A DNA stretch of 64,000 bases from Okamejei kenojei (Eukaryota). The notes beneath the pieces are model-generated. The model saw only the letters and a program-made list of their open reading frames with translations. It was not told the origin of the DNA and did not search any database. The position numbers and the translations under genes are program-made. The DNA is taken from contig CM069135.1 in NCBI GenBank assembly GCA_035221665.1, positions 26,598,001 through 26,662,000 of the forward strand. Direction: 5' to 3'. Below, piece after piece: positions 37,600-49,820 of the stretch (position 1 is the stretch's first letter; every line of letters starts with the position of its first letter).

Positions 37600-38200
37600 G
37601 AGGGGGGCAGCGACGGGGGAGAGGTGAAGCCCCTGTCCATGTCGACCCCATTACACTTGATGCTCACTCCCCTCGTCGTCCTGCCGACCGATCTGCCGGA
37701 TACTCACGTACAAGTCCTTCACTGTCTTATCGAATAAATGCAGAGGCTGCGCCAACCTCACTGCCTCCGAGGACACATCGTCTCCGGGCTGCAGCACTTG
37801 GTCCCCATCGCCCTTGCCGTGGGGGAGCAGCTGCCCGGGGGAGAGAGCCCGGAGCCCGGCCGCCTGCAGCAGGAGCAGCGCCAGCGCCAGCAGCCGCACA
37901 GATCCCAAGCCCTTCAGCACCATGTCCGCAAACTGACCCGCACAGAGTGCGCCTCACAGACTACCCCACTCCGCCCAGACCCCCGTCCCAAGCCCACTCT
38001 CCGCCCCCCGGCGCTGCCCAGACCAGTCCGCGGCCCCGCAGCCGGCTCCGCCCTGTCCACACCCCGCCCCAGCGCTGAGCTCCAGCCCCTGACGCCGTCC
38101 CAAACCCACTACTGCACTGACCCGGCGTCGCTCACTCCCCTGGAGCGGCGCCGCCCTCTCTCATGCATCGGCCCCATCCCGCCCTCCCCTCCACTCCACA
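37600..38200 (-). promoter_or_regulatory. CpG island / GC-box promoter region of NID1
   Basis: CpG-dense, GC-rich block over exon 1 and upstream, with several CCGCCC (Sp1-type) boxes between about 37970 and 38190. TSS not determinable. Confidence 0.7.
37708..37923 (-). CDS. NID1: Nidogen-1 coding exon 1 (signal peptide and start of G1)
   Basis: MVLKGLGSVRLLALALLLLQAAGLRALSPGQLLPHG...DDVSSEAVRLAQPLHLFDKTVKDLY: hydrophobic signal peptide plus nidogen N-terminus. ATG context gacATGg; donor GTGAGT at 37707-37702; 216 bp, phase 0. Confidence 0.93.
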
Positions 38201-38375
38201 CACCCCAAACATCACCTGTCCATGTTCTCCAGAGATGCTGCCTGACCCCGTCGAGTTACTCCACCAGGGCTTTTAAGGTGATGGGGGGAAATATTTAATA
38301 GGAGCCTGAGCGGCAACCAAATGATGGTGACTAGAATAAGCTGCCGGAGGATGTCGTGGAGTCAGGTACTATGAT

Positions 38376-39397
38376 TAGCAATGTTACAAAATTTTGAGAT
38401 TTTTTAAAATCAAGCCTGCAATTTATCCCATCAGATAAAGCATAAAAATAAGTTTAATTTGACACCTAATTCACTTTCATGTCTTCAGTATTAAAAAGGT
38501 TATTGCCAATTTCATACTCGGAAATTAGCATCTTGTCCCCTATTGCTTTTCCATTTACTTAACTCAAAAACTGTGATCGAAGACAGTCAAAAGCCCATAA
38601 CTTTCTTAAACATTAAGAGAACTGAATGAAATTTTCAGTTATTGTAGATTGAAGCATTCTGAAACAAATATGAAACAACCTTACTTGGATGACCTGATTA
38701 GTTATCTAATTGTAGCTAATTACAAAATTCAATTACTAGATCAAAACATCTATCCATTTCTTAAGAAAAGGTTAACATTTTTAAATAGCCTAAGTGTCCA
38801 AATAACATTCACACAAGAATTCACAATATAACATGATTTTTAAATCTCAATGTTATGAATTTATAGGCCAAATGGAAGGAATTTAGTGTTTAATTCCTGT
38901 AAATTAAAGGCCAGTTTAATCATCTTGCGGGTGAGATTTTATGGAACGCGATCGATTGGAACGTTGCAGTTTGCGGAGAATTTAAACCCCATATCGGCAG
39001 AAAAAACACTGCCGGTTCGTATATTTACATCATCACATTTTCACTGATGAAATTTTGATTAAAGAAATCCTAAGAAGCAAGTTTATATGTAAAATAAACG
39101 ACTTGCTTTATGTTTTGTCCCATACGGGAAATCCTTCCCGTTGTCGCCATTGACGGCATTAGAAGTAGAATTTTATTTTACTCCAACGCTTAAATTGTCC
39201 CGCGTTTAAAAAAAAAATTCACAGAAAGGCAGTCGGAACAATTCTTCAGCATCACCTAGCAGCGCGAGAAAATATATCTCGGACAGGCAAGAGAAAATGG
39301 CATTATAATCCGCCCCCCCTCTCAAAGGCACCAAGTCGAGCACACGGTCAGTGACAGAACTGCAGCGCCGCTGAAGGTAAGTTTTGTAACAGACCTA
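38376..39397. mobile_element. Non-autonomous DNA transposon (about 1.02 kb)
   Basis: Imperfect TIRs TAGCAATGTTACAAAA / TTTTGTAACAGACCTA; imperfect TSD ctatgat (38369-75) / ttatgat (39398-404); splits a CR1/SINE-tail fragment; no transposase ORF. Confidence 0.75.
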
Positions 39398-39667
39398 TTA
39401 TGATAACATTTAAGAGACACTTGGACAGGTATATCAATAGGACAGGTTAAGAGGGATATGGCTCAAACGTATGCAGGTGGGACTAGTGTAGACGGGGCAT
39501 GTTGATCGGTGTGGGCAAGTTGGGCCGAAGGGCCTGTTTACATGCTGTATGACGGTATGGTTGAGCTTGCCTCAGCGACGATCCCACCTGCCACGCCGAA
39601 TCCGCCCGTACTGTTGCCAGGGCCCCGCTGCACCCACACTCCACGCTCCCGCGGCAGCTTCGCGCTC

Positions 39668-40740
39668 CGCCCACACTCCCCGCACCACCCACACTCCCCG
39701 CACCACCCACACTCCCCCCACACCACCCCCACACTCCCCCGCACCACCCACACTCCCCGCACCACCCACTCCCCCGCACCACCCACACTCCCCCACACCA
39801 CCCCACACTCCCCGCACCACCCCCACTCCCTGCACCACCCCACTCCCCGCACCACCCACACTCCCTGCACCACCCCCACTCCCCCGCACCACCCACACTC
39901 CCTGCACCACCCACACTCCCCACCACCCCACTCCCCGCACCACCCACACTCCCTGCACCACCCCCACTCCCCCGCACCACCCCACACTCCCCGCACCCCC
40001 GCACCACCCCACTCCCCGCACCACCCCCACTCCCCCGCACCACCCCCACTCCCCGCACCACCCCCACTCCCCGCACCACCCCCACTCCCCACACTCCCCA
40101 CACTCCCCGCACCACCCCCACTCCCCGCACCACCCCCACTCCCCACACTCCCCACACTCCCCGCACCACCCCCACTCCCCGCACCACCCCCACACTCCCC
40201 GCACCACCCCCACTCCCCGCACCACCCCCACTCCCCGCACCACCCCCACTCCCCGCACCACCCCCACTCCCCACACTCCCCGCACCACCCCCACTCCCCA
40301 CACTCCCCACACTCCCCGCACCACCCCCACTCCCACCACTCCCCGCACCACCCCCACTCCCCGCACCACCCACACTCCCCACACTCCCCGCACCACCCCC
40401 ACTCCCCGCACCACCCACACTCCCCACACTCCCCGCACCACCCACACTCCCCGCACACCCACACTCCCCGCACCACCCACACTCCCCGCACCACCCCACA
40501 CCACCCCCACCACCCCCACACCACCCCCACACTCCCCCCGCACCACCCACACTCCCCACACTCCCCGCACCACCCCACTCCCCACACTCCCCGCACCACC
40601 CACACTCCCCGCACCACCCACACTCCCCACACTCCCCGCACCACCCACACTCCCCGCACCACCCACACTCCCCGCACCACCCACACTCCCCGCAACACCC
40701 ACTCCCCCGCACCACCCACACTCCCCGCACCACCCACACT
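39668..40740. repeat. C-rich minisatellite (about 18-bp unit ccacactccccgcaccac, with shorter variants)
   Basis: About 1.07 kb of tandem variants; causes stop-free ORFs in five frames. Confidence 0.95.
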
Positions 40741-40859
40741 TGGGTTTTCTCTGGATGCTCCAGTTTCCTCCCAAATTCCAAGGACATGTGGGTCCGCTGG
40801 TTAATTTTACACTACACTGGCATTAGTCAGTAGATGATTGATGGAATTTGAGGGGAGTT

Positions 40860-41178
40860 TAGTTGTTTAGAGATACTGCGCGGAAACAGGCCCTTCAGCC
40901 CACTGGGTCCGCGCCGACCAGTGATTCCCGCACATTAAAACTATCCTACATTAAAACTAGGGACAATTTTTACATTTAGCAAGCCAATTAACTTACAAAC
41001 CTGTACGTCTTTGGAGTGTGGGAGGAAACCAAAGATCTCAGAGAAAACCCACGCAGGGCATGGGGAGAACGTACAAACTCCGTACAGACAGCGCCCATAG
41101 TTGGGAATCAAACCCAGGTCTCCGGCGCTGCATTCACAGTAAGGCAGCAACTCTACCGCTGCTCCACCGTGACCGCCC
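40860..41178 (-). mobile_element. Full-length HE1-type tRNA SINE
   Basis: Minus strand gggcggtcacggTGGAGCAGCGG (A box) ... GGTTTGATTCC (B box); aaactaaact-like tail. Confidence 0.85.
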
Positions 41179-44005
41179 GTTGATGGGGATGTGGGGGGAA
41201 TAATACGTTGATGGGATTACTGTAGAATTGGTGTAAATGGTGGCGTAACTGTTTCCGTGCGTATCATTCTATGATTGTGCCAATTATTTTGTACAACCTA
41301 AATCCCAAAGACATTGGGGTTTATAGATTAATTGCCTCTGTAAAATTGCCCTTGATATGTAGGGAGTGGATGAGAGGGTGGAATCACATGGAACTAGAGT
41401 GAACGGGTACGCAATGGTCGGCGTAGACTGAAGGCCCTGTTTCCACACTGTGTCTTTCAATCAAATCAATCAATTAAACTTATTGTATGTTATTTGCCGT
41501 TTTTAAAAAAAATATTATTCGCTTGCCTAAATCATTTGCATGGATCAAGAGTTTCAAACCTAACCCTACAAAAGCTGCCCTTAACTTTTATCTTAAAATT
41601 GAATGATCTACGTGGAAATGTGTACAGCAGCAATGTGCATCTTCACATAGAAAAATGTCCAAAGACCCAAGCTGACGATCATTCAACCAAGAAAATATTA
41701 GGACAGATGACTAAAAGTGAAATTGTATAATTTTAAAGTGGTTGCAGGAATAGTGTGAAGGTGTTGGAAAAGGTGAAGGGACTGTTCGAAAAGTATGGAA
41801 GATCTTTGGCTTTATAAATAATATCTCTGAGATCAAATGCAAGGGAAGCTCAACCCTCTATTATAAAACACTCCAGCAATGGTTAGTGGTCGGTTCTGCC
41901 CATCACACTCAAAGGATGTCGCCACCTAAGAGGGGATGGTGAACAGGATGGTGCTGGGATCAAAAACTTGATCTACATTGAAGGACAGGAAATGGGTTTA
42001 GGTTTAGGCTTATTACTGTCACATATGCAGAGGTCCAGAGAAAAGCTTTTGTTTGTGTGCTATCCAATTGAATCAGATAATGATGATACATAACAACATT
42101 CAAGTCAGACACAAGTACAGAAGGTTGAGCAAAGTGAATACCGGTAATCTATGAATCAATCCCACACTGATATTGTTAACTCTTAACTATCTGCAGAATT
42201 GGCCTAGTAATTACAAGAAAGCACAGCGTGGACAGCAGTAGTTCAAGAAGAAAGTCAATTCTGCTTTCCCAAGATTTGCAATAGATGTCCACATCCCTAG
42301 AAAGACAAAATCATTGGTTGGACAATGCTGTAATTTTAAGGGTGAGGTTATCATTGGTCATCATAATTACTCAGTAGACAAAACTGCTTTGTGTGTGTAT
42401 AGGCAAACACGGAAAGTTGATGTCTAAGATATTCTACCCTTTGAGATGCTTTGCATAACTGTTTCTCTCTGAGGAACATAATTTGTGTGTGCATGACGTA
42501 CTAAACTCAGCACAAGAAGGTATTATTTGTCCTTTTCAGTTTAAGTCATTTCTTAATGATGTGATAAGTATGAATTATTACCAAGCACCCTCTCAAACAC
42601 AGAATATTAACCCACAAAGGGCAGAGTCTAATTTATTTTAAGGTTAAATTACATACAACAATAATAGTAAACTAAACTAATAAAAGTGAAATAATTTACG
42701 TTTTACTTCTTTGACTTTCTCACTATTAATCGTAATCCTTTAGCCTATCTTTATTTTACAATTTTCTAATTTGACAGTTGCCTGGTTCAGATTCGATGTT
42801 CTACAGGAATCATTGTCAGTGTTAGTTCACAGTTGTGTATAAATTTGTGATCATTAAATGAAAAATAATTTTACCAAGATTTATGTAAGAATTCAAAATC
42901 TGACAATCCCTTCTGAGCAACTGTGACCAAGTTAGTTTGAAATGCCAGAAAACCTTTATTTTACAGTTGTAAATCCTTAGTACACAAATTGATTCAATAA
43001 GCCTGAGATATAAATTATATTTTTAAAAAGTAATAATTATCTAACCAAGCTAAATTGTCAAATTATATGCCTTCTCCAAAACATTTCCCCAAGTCTAAAT
43101 CGAAATCCTGCCCATATTTCACATAAATGTTCCAAAACGAAGGCAATATTTTATGTGTGAAGAATTTGGACTAAACTGACTACTGAGCATTTATTTATTG
43201 CAGATAAATGATTATTCAGCCTGTGGCATAAAACTCCTATTTGTCTTTTTCAAAAATCCTGATGGTACTTTTTAACATTTCCCCTGAGTTCAGTTTCTCA
43301 TGTTGGGAAAAAGATCTGTTTAATTTACTGCATCCATCATTGCGTTCTTTGTGCTTAATCTTACAGCAAGCTTCATTTCAACACCTCAAACTCGTTCATT
43401 AATTCCAGAGTCAAGTATTGTACCAACTCCACATTTATCAGCCAGATGTACAAATATTTGGAAAAGATGCAGATTTTGTTTTGTCTTTAAAAATAAATCT
43501 TGTACAGATGTACATCTATTCAAGAACATCAGAGGCCGGCTTGTGAGGAAGCATAGTTACAAGATTAGGAGATGGTAATTTAAAACTCAATGGCATGGGA
43601 ACTTCTTTTCTGGAATTCTCTACCTCAGAGGGTGTGGAAGCTAGATAATTGGAAGTATTTGAAGAGGAGGTGTATTGAAAGATTGGAAATTGATGCTTTG
43701 GGGTACAGATACAGTGGAGGGGATGAGACCTTTGTCAGATCAGCCATGATCATATTGAATGCAGGTCAGGTTTGAGGGGCCTGGTGGCAAGTTCCTGTTC
43801 CCAATTTCTTGTGTTAGAAAGTCATACAGAACGGAAACAGGCTCCTCGGCCCAACTTGTCCATGTTGACCAAGATGCCCTATTTGGCTAGTTCCATCTGC
43901 CTGCGTTTGGCCCATATCCATCTAAGCCTTTCCTATCCAATTACCTGTCCAACTGTCATTTAAATGTTGTAAGAGTATCTGCCTCCTTTGGCAGCTTGTT
44001 CCATA

Positions 44006-44826
44006 AAGTGGGCGGGGGGACCGACGTTCCTGCGGCCTCTGCAGTCCATCTGTCTTTTTTTTTGTCCCATTGAGTGTAGTTTGTAGTGGTTTTTAATTGT
44101 TTTTAACTGTATGTGTGGGGGGCGGAGGGGGGGGGGGAACATTTAAATCTCTACCGTGTACGGGGGACCCGACCTTTTCCCTGTCGGGTCTCCATTGTCG
44201 TTGGGGCCTAGCACCATGGAGTGGCCACCAACCCGGAATGACCTGAGGGCTCCAGGCACGGAGCCTGCGGACTTACCATCTTACCAGTGGGGCTGGCCGG
44301 CTTCGGAGCGTGGAGAGCTGGGGTGGCGTGCTGCTGCGGAGGCTCCAGCCGCAGGTCCAGTGGACGGTAACATCGGGAGCTCGTGGGTCCCTGGTGGGAG
44401 ACCGTTTTTCGGAGCGCTCCCGCAATGGCAACTTCTCCCGCCCGAGTTGCGGGGTTGAAATTGACCCGGAGTGGGGCCTTACATCGCCCAGCGCAGCTTA
44501 AACGGCCGTGGGACTTGCCAGCACCCGCTGGGGGTTCCAACTTCAAGACCCAGGCAGGGCCTAACATCACCTGGCGCGGCCTTAATGGCCGCGAGACTTG
44601 CCATCGCCCGCCGGAGGCTTTGACATCGGGAGAAGAATGGAGAGCAGGGGAGAGACAAGACTTTGCCTTCCATCACAGTGAGGAGGAGATTCACTCTGAT
44701 GGATGTTTGTGTGAATTGTGTTGGTGTGTGTCTTGGTTCTTTTCTTCTTGTATGACTGCAGAAACCAAATTTCATTTGAACTTCATTTGAGGTTCAAATG
44801 ACAATAAACGGTATTGTATTGTATTG
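44006..44826 (+). mobile_element. About 820-bp non-coding retroposon with LINE-type tail
   Basis: Interrupts a SINE-tail fragment (ggcagcttgttccata|tacccac); ends AATAAA plus (gtatt)n; shares head and tail blocks with 49821-50685. Confidence 0.65.
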
Positions 44827-46206
44827 TATACCCACTACTTACAATGTTGTTACATTCTAAGAGATTGGTGAACTGCAGGCATTGCTAAGCTGCATGCTGA
44901 GAGCCTCTGTTGGATCTCTATGGAACTGCAGGCATGACCACACCACACACTCATGTCCTCCTGGTTAAATTTGTGCCTCAGCTGTACAAGCATTGATTAT
45001 GTTACCTCACCCAGAGTTGTGGATGGGTGGTATGGCTTTCATCACAGCACTGGCAATAATGTTATGTGCTTCCAAGTCTATCATTGACAGCATTGTCGCA
45101 GATTCAGAACGTAAGATTATAAAAGAGGACCGGTCAGTATACTCTGTAGAATATTTGGCAAGACACCGTATTTCCCCAATCTTTTAAGGCAGTAGAGGCA
45201 TTGATGAGCTTTCTTTGTGATTACGTCAATTTGCCTTGGCTAGGACAGATATTCTGTAATATGCACGCCCAATAGTTCAATGTTGCTTTATTTGTCACAT
45301 ATGCAACTGCACAGTGAAATTGTTTTTGCAAAGTCCAGTCGACCATGCGCTTGATATACTGGAGCAGTTCCTAGAAACCGATGCCTCTCCTCTCCTCGCC
45401 ATTTTGTTTCCCGGGGCACCTCCTGCAGCCGACCTTGGAGGCATTACCCCAGTTCACCCTACTACCGGCCCCTGTTTCTCGTGTCCGACATCTCCGATGG
45501 AACCCACCGACCGACGAGTCTTTGGGTGGGTTCCCGACCCCGCCAAGCCTTTGTGTGGTTCCTGGTCCCGCCGAGCCTTTAGGGTGGCTACGACGAACCT
45601 TCAGGCGGGTACCCAGTCCTGGCAAACCTTCGGGCGGGTTACTGGTCCTGATGTCTGACGAGCCTTCGGGCGGGCCCAGACGAACCTTTGGGCAAGGTCC
45701 CGCCAATTGACGAACCTTCCAGGCAGGCACTGCAGCCAATGCACCTCGGGACGGCCATTACGGCACCTCGATGTCCACTCTCTTCACTGCCATCCCATTG
45801 ATGTAGATACATCATCCAGTTCAACCAGATCGTGCTTGTGCATTAATTGTATTCATGTATAGTAATATCTGATTTGATCGCATAGCGTGCAAAAATAGTT
45901 ATATTTCGTGCAATAATAAACCAATACCAACTTCAAACAGGTCATTTGGCCCAATTAATCCATGCCTTCCAAACCTCTGGCGTTATTAACTCCATCATCT
46001 GTCACTTGGTCCATGGAAATATGCGGAAAATAGGTTACAGGGAAACTTGGAGGAGGAACCAGATTGCTCTATGAGCCAGTGTACAGTCGAATGGGTGAGT
46101 CACCTGCAATGTTGCAAGAAAATATGAAATTGTGTGTGGCATGATATTTCTTAACTAGGAGATAAATGTTTCTTAACTAGCAGATAAACATTATCTTGAG
46201 GAGGTG

Positions 46207-48240
46207 CAGAGATAGACACAAAAAGCTGGACTAACTCAGTGGGACAGGCAGCATCTCTGGAGAGAAGTAATGGGTGACGTTTTGGGTCGAGACCCTTCTT
46301 CAGACTGGTTAGGGATAAGGGAAACGAGAGATACAGACGGTGATGTAGAGAGATAAAGAACAACGAATGAAAGATATGCAAAAAAGTAACAATGATAAAG
46401 GAAATAGGCCATTGTAAGCTGTTTGTAGGGTGAAAATGAGAAGCTAGTGTGACTTGGGTGGGGGAGCGATAGAGAGAGAGGGAATGCCGGGGCTACCTGA
46501 AGTGAGAGAAATCAGTAAACAAAATATGAGATGCTGTTCCTTCAATTTGCGTTTAGCCTCACTCCCCAGGAACCTTCCCCTGCAAAGATGAGATGCTGAC
46601 AGTGGAGGAGACCGAGGACAGAAAGGTCTGTGTAGGAATGGGAAGGAGAATTAAAGTGTCCAGCAACCGGGAGATCAGGTTGGTTCAGGTGAAGGTGTTC
46701 CGCGAAACGATTATCCAGTCTGTGTTTGGTCTCGTCGATGTATAAGTCCACATCTTGAACAATGGATACAGTAGATGAGGTTGGAGGAGGTGCAAGTGAA
46801 CCTCTGCCGAACCTGAAAGGACTGTCGGGGTCCCTGGACAGAGTCAAGGGAGGAGGTATAGTGGCAGGTGTTGGATCTTCTGTGGTTGCAGGGGAAGGTT
46901 CCTCGGGAGCAAATGGTTTGGGTGGGAAGGGATGAGTTAACCAGGGAGTTGCGGAGAGAACGGTCTCTGCGGAAGGTGGAAAGGGGTGGAGATGTGAAAA
47001 TGTGGTTAGTGGTGGGATCCCATTGGAGGTGGCAGAAATTTCGGAGGACTATGTGTTGTATGCGACAGCTGATGGGGTGGAAGGTGAGGACAAGGGGACT
47101 CTGTTGCGACTACGCGGAGGGGGAGCAAGGGCGGAGCTGTGGGGTACTGAGGGGACACGAGTGAGGGCCCCATCTATGATGGGAGAGGGGAACCCCTGTT
47201 CCATAAAGAATGAGGGCATCTCGGATGTTCCAGTATGGACCACCTCATCTTGGGCGCAGATGCGGCGTAGACGGGGGGAATTGGGAGTAGGGGATAGAGT
47301 CTTTGCAAGAAGCAGGATAGGAAAAAGTGTAGTTGAGATAGTTATGGGAGTTAGTGGGTTTGTAATAGACGTCAGTCAATAGTCTATTTCCTGTGATTGA
47401 GACTGTGAGATCAAGAAAGGGGAGGGAGGGGAGTGCAGGATGAAAACTGGTGGTGAAGTTGATGATGTCCATGAGTTCTGCATGGGTGCAGGAGGTGGCA
47501 CCGATGCAGTCATCAATGTAACGGAGATAGAGTTCGGAGATAGGGCTAGTGTAAGCCTGGAACAGGGTGCCCATAGCTGCACCTTGGACTTGGAGGAAGT
47601 GGGAGGAGTAGAAGTTGTTGAGGGTGAGGACCAGCTTCGCTAGGCAGAGTGGAGTGTTAGTAGAGGGAAATTGGATGGTTCCACTGTCTAGGAAGAAACG
47701 GAGGGCTTCAAGGCTTTCCTGGTGGGGGATGGAGGTGTGGAGGGACTGAACGTCCATAGTAAAGATGAGGGAGTGGGGGGTCGGAAAGCGGAGTCATTAT
47801 ATAGATGAAGGGCATGTGAGGTATCTTGGACATAGGTCGGGAGAGATTGGACCTGGGGGGATAGGATGAAGTCGAGTTACGTGGAATTCATTTACGTGGG
47901 ACAGGAGCAGGCAGAAACAATGGGACTGCCAGGGCAGTTGTGTTTGTGGATTTTGGGGAGAAGGTAAAAACGGGCTGTGCGGCGCTGGGAAACGATAAGG
48001 TTGGAGGCTGTGGAAGGCAGACAGTGATTAAATCAGTAATGGTGTTAGAGATTAAGGCCTGGTGCTCATCTGTGGGATTATAGTCGAAGGATAAGTAGGA
48101 GGAAGTGTCTGAGAGTTGTCGCCTGGCCTCAGCCAGTGTCACCTGGCCTTGGTCAGTGCAACAGACTACCACGGCACCCCCCGTGTCAGCGGGTTTGATT
48201 ATAATGTCAGGGTTGCCGCAGAATGACCGGAGGACTCCCC
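46207..48240 (-). mobile_element. Penelope-like element (RT plus GIY-YIG, 3' pLTR), decayed
   Basis: IIIKPADTGGAVVV, MDVQSLHTSIPH, GAAMGT, YLRYIDD, LPFLDL, LYIDETKHRLDNRFAEHL; pLTR 46207 to about 46480. Confidence 0.9.
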
Positions 48241-48559
48241 TTACCTACTCCAACTTCCTTCTTATGCAGAGATAGAGATGTTTGGTGTACTTGAGACATT
48301 GAATGCAGGATCAAAGCTGAGACAACCTACAGCCATGCTACTAGGTGCCACCAGTAGCCCAGTGCCCTGGCAGCAGGGGATGTAATGTTCTTATGCAGTG
48401 CCTTGCATGGCACCCTGATAAAGAGCCAGTGGATTTTGGGAAGACCTGGGTTTGTCTGCTGCCCATATTCTGACTAACTTGAATTGTGCAGACAATTTCA
48501 TAATCAATCAAATTTTAAGATTTTCTACTGAGGGTCATGGGAAAGGGAAACAAGAGATA

Positions 48560-49130
48560 TGGACAGTGCCTATATATCGGTGAGACCGAGGGCAATCGTT
48601 TCACTGAACACATTCGCCTTGGCCTGCTTGATCTCCCAGTTGCCAAACAATTTAACTCCCCTTCCTATTCCCACACTGATCTTTCTTTCCTGGGCCTCCT
48701 CCATTGTCAACAGCAGTACCCCATATTTCGCTTGGGCAGTTTACAGCCCAGCAGTATGAATATTGATGTCTCTAACTTCAAATAACCCTTACATCTCCTC
48801 CCTCACTATCCCTCCCCCACCCTAGTCATCGTACTTTTGAGTTGCACTGTCTGTATAACTCCTTATCACCCAGCCCACAGCCAACAATGGACCATTGTGG
48901 GCTCCACCTTTCATTGATCATCGTTACTTTTTGCATCTTTCATTCATTTGTTACAAATCTCTCTGTATCTCTCGTTTCCCTTTCCCCTCACTCGCAGTCT
49001 GAAGAAGGGTCTTGACCTGAAACGTCACCTATTCCTTTTCTTCAGAGATGCTGCCTGATCCGCTGAGTTATCCCAGCTTTTTGTGTCTATCTTCGGTTTA
49101 AACCAGCATCTGCAGTTCCTCCCTACACAT
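48560..49130 (+). mobile_element. Penelope 3' fragment (GIY-YIG plus pLTR)
   Basis: LYIGETEGNRFTEHIR...EQ-like QQQYPIFRLGSLQP; pLTR with CTGAAGA...GAAACGTC. Confidence 0.85.
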
Positions 49131-49820
49131 TTAAGATTTACGACGTACCTTTAAAAGGGATCAATGTACTCACTCAGCAGGCTGTGAAACCCATAAATAA
49201 CGTGTTAATCGTGGGTGAAAAAGGTTAGAGTCATAGAGTGATACAGTGTGGAAACAGGCCCTTCGGACCAACTTGCCCACACCAGCCAACATGTCCCAGC
49301 TACACTAGTCCACATCCCTCCAAACATGTCCTATCCATGTACCTTAAATGTTTCTTAAATGTTAGGATAGTTCCTTCCTCAACTATCTCCTCTGGCAGCT
49401 ACAGCAGATTCACTGCGTTTTCAGGCTTGGTGTTGCTGGCACTCAGTTATTGGCTGAGATGCCAGGTGGTTAGCCTGGCTCCTCTTTACTCTTGGCAATT
49501 GTATACCTACCTGAGTGAGATGCAAGGCCCATCTTAAAGATGTGTAGGATGGACTCAGGTGCTTGTTTAGATTGTTTATGCAGGTTTAGAAACAAAATGC
49601 TGGAGTAACTCAGCGGGACAGGCAGCATCTCTGGAGAGAAGGGATGGGTGACGTTTCGGGTTGAGACCCTTCTTCAGACCTAGAAGTCACCTTGGGCAGT
49701 GCAACAATCTGAGTGTGCATTGGCTCTTTTAGAAAGGAGGTGAGGAGGAACTTCTTTAGACAGAGGGTAGTTAATCTGTGGAACTCATTGCCACAGAGAG
49801 CTGTGGAGGCCACGTCAGTG

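Noticed and set aside
4203-37923. Assignment as NID2 rather than NID1
   Set aside because: Short linker, exon layout and direct divergent adjacency to a GPR137B-like gene fit NID1; a tree would confirm.
37551-38298. Plus-strand ORFs of 175 and 186 aa antisense to NID1 exon 1
   Set aside because: Expected from the GC content of a CpG island; low complexity, no recognisable domain.
39483-40826. Five overlapping ORFs of 399-434 aa (Gly/Val/Trp/Cys-rich or His/Pro/Thr-rich)
   Set aside because: Artefact of a stop-free minisatellite; open on both strands with no gene context.
41100-41178. tRNA gene
   Set aside because: A and B boxes belong to a tRNA-derived SINE head that continues into SINE body and tail.
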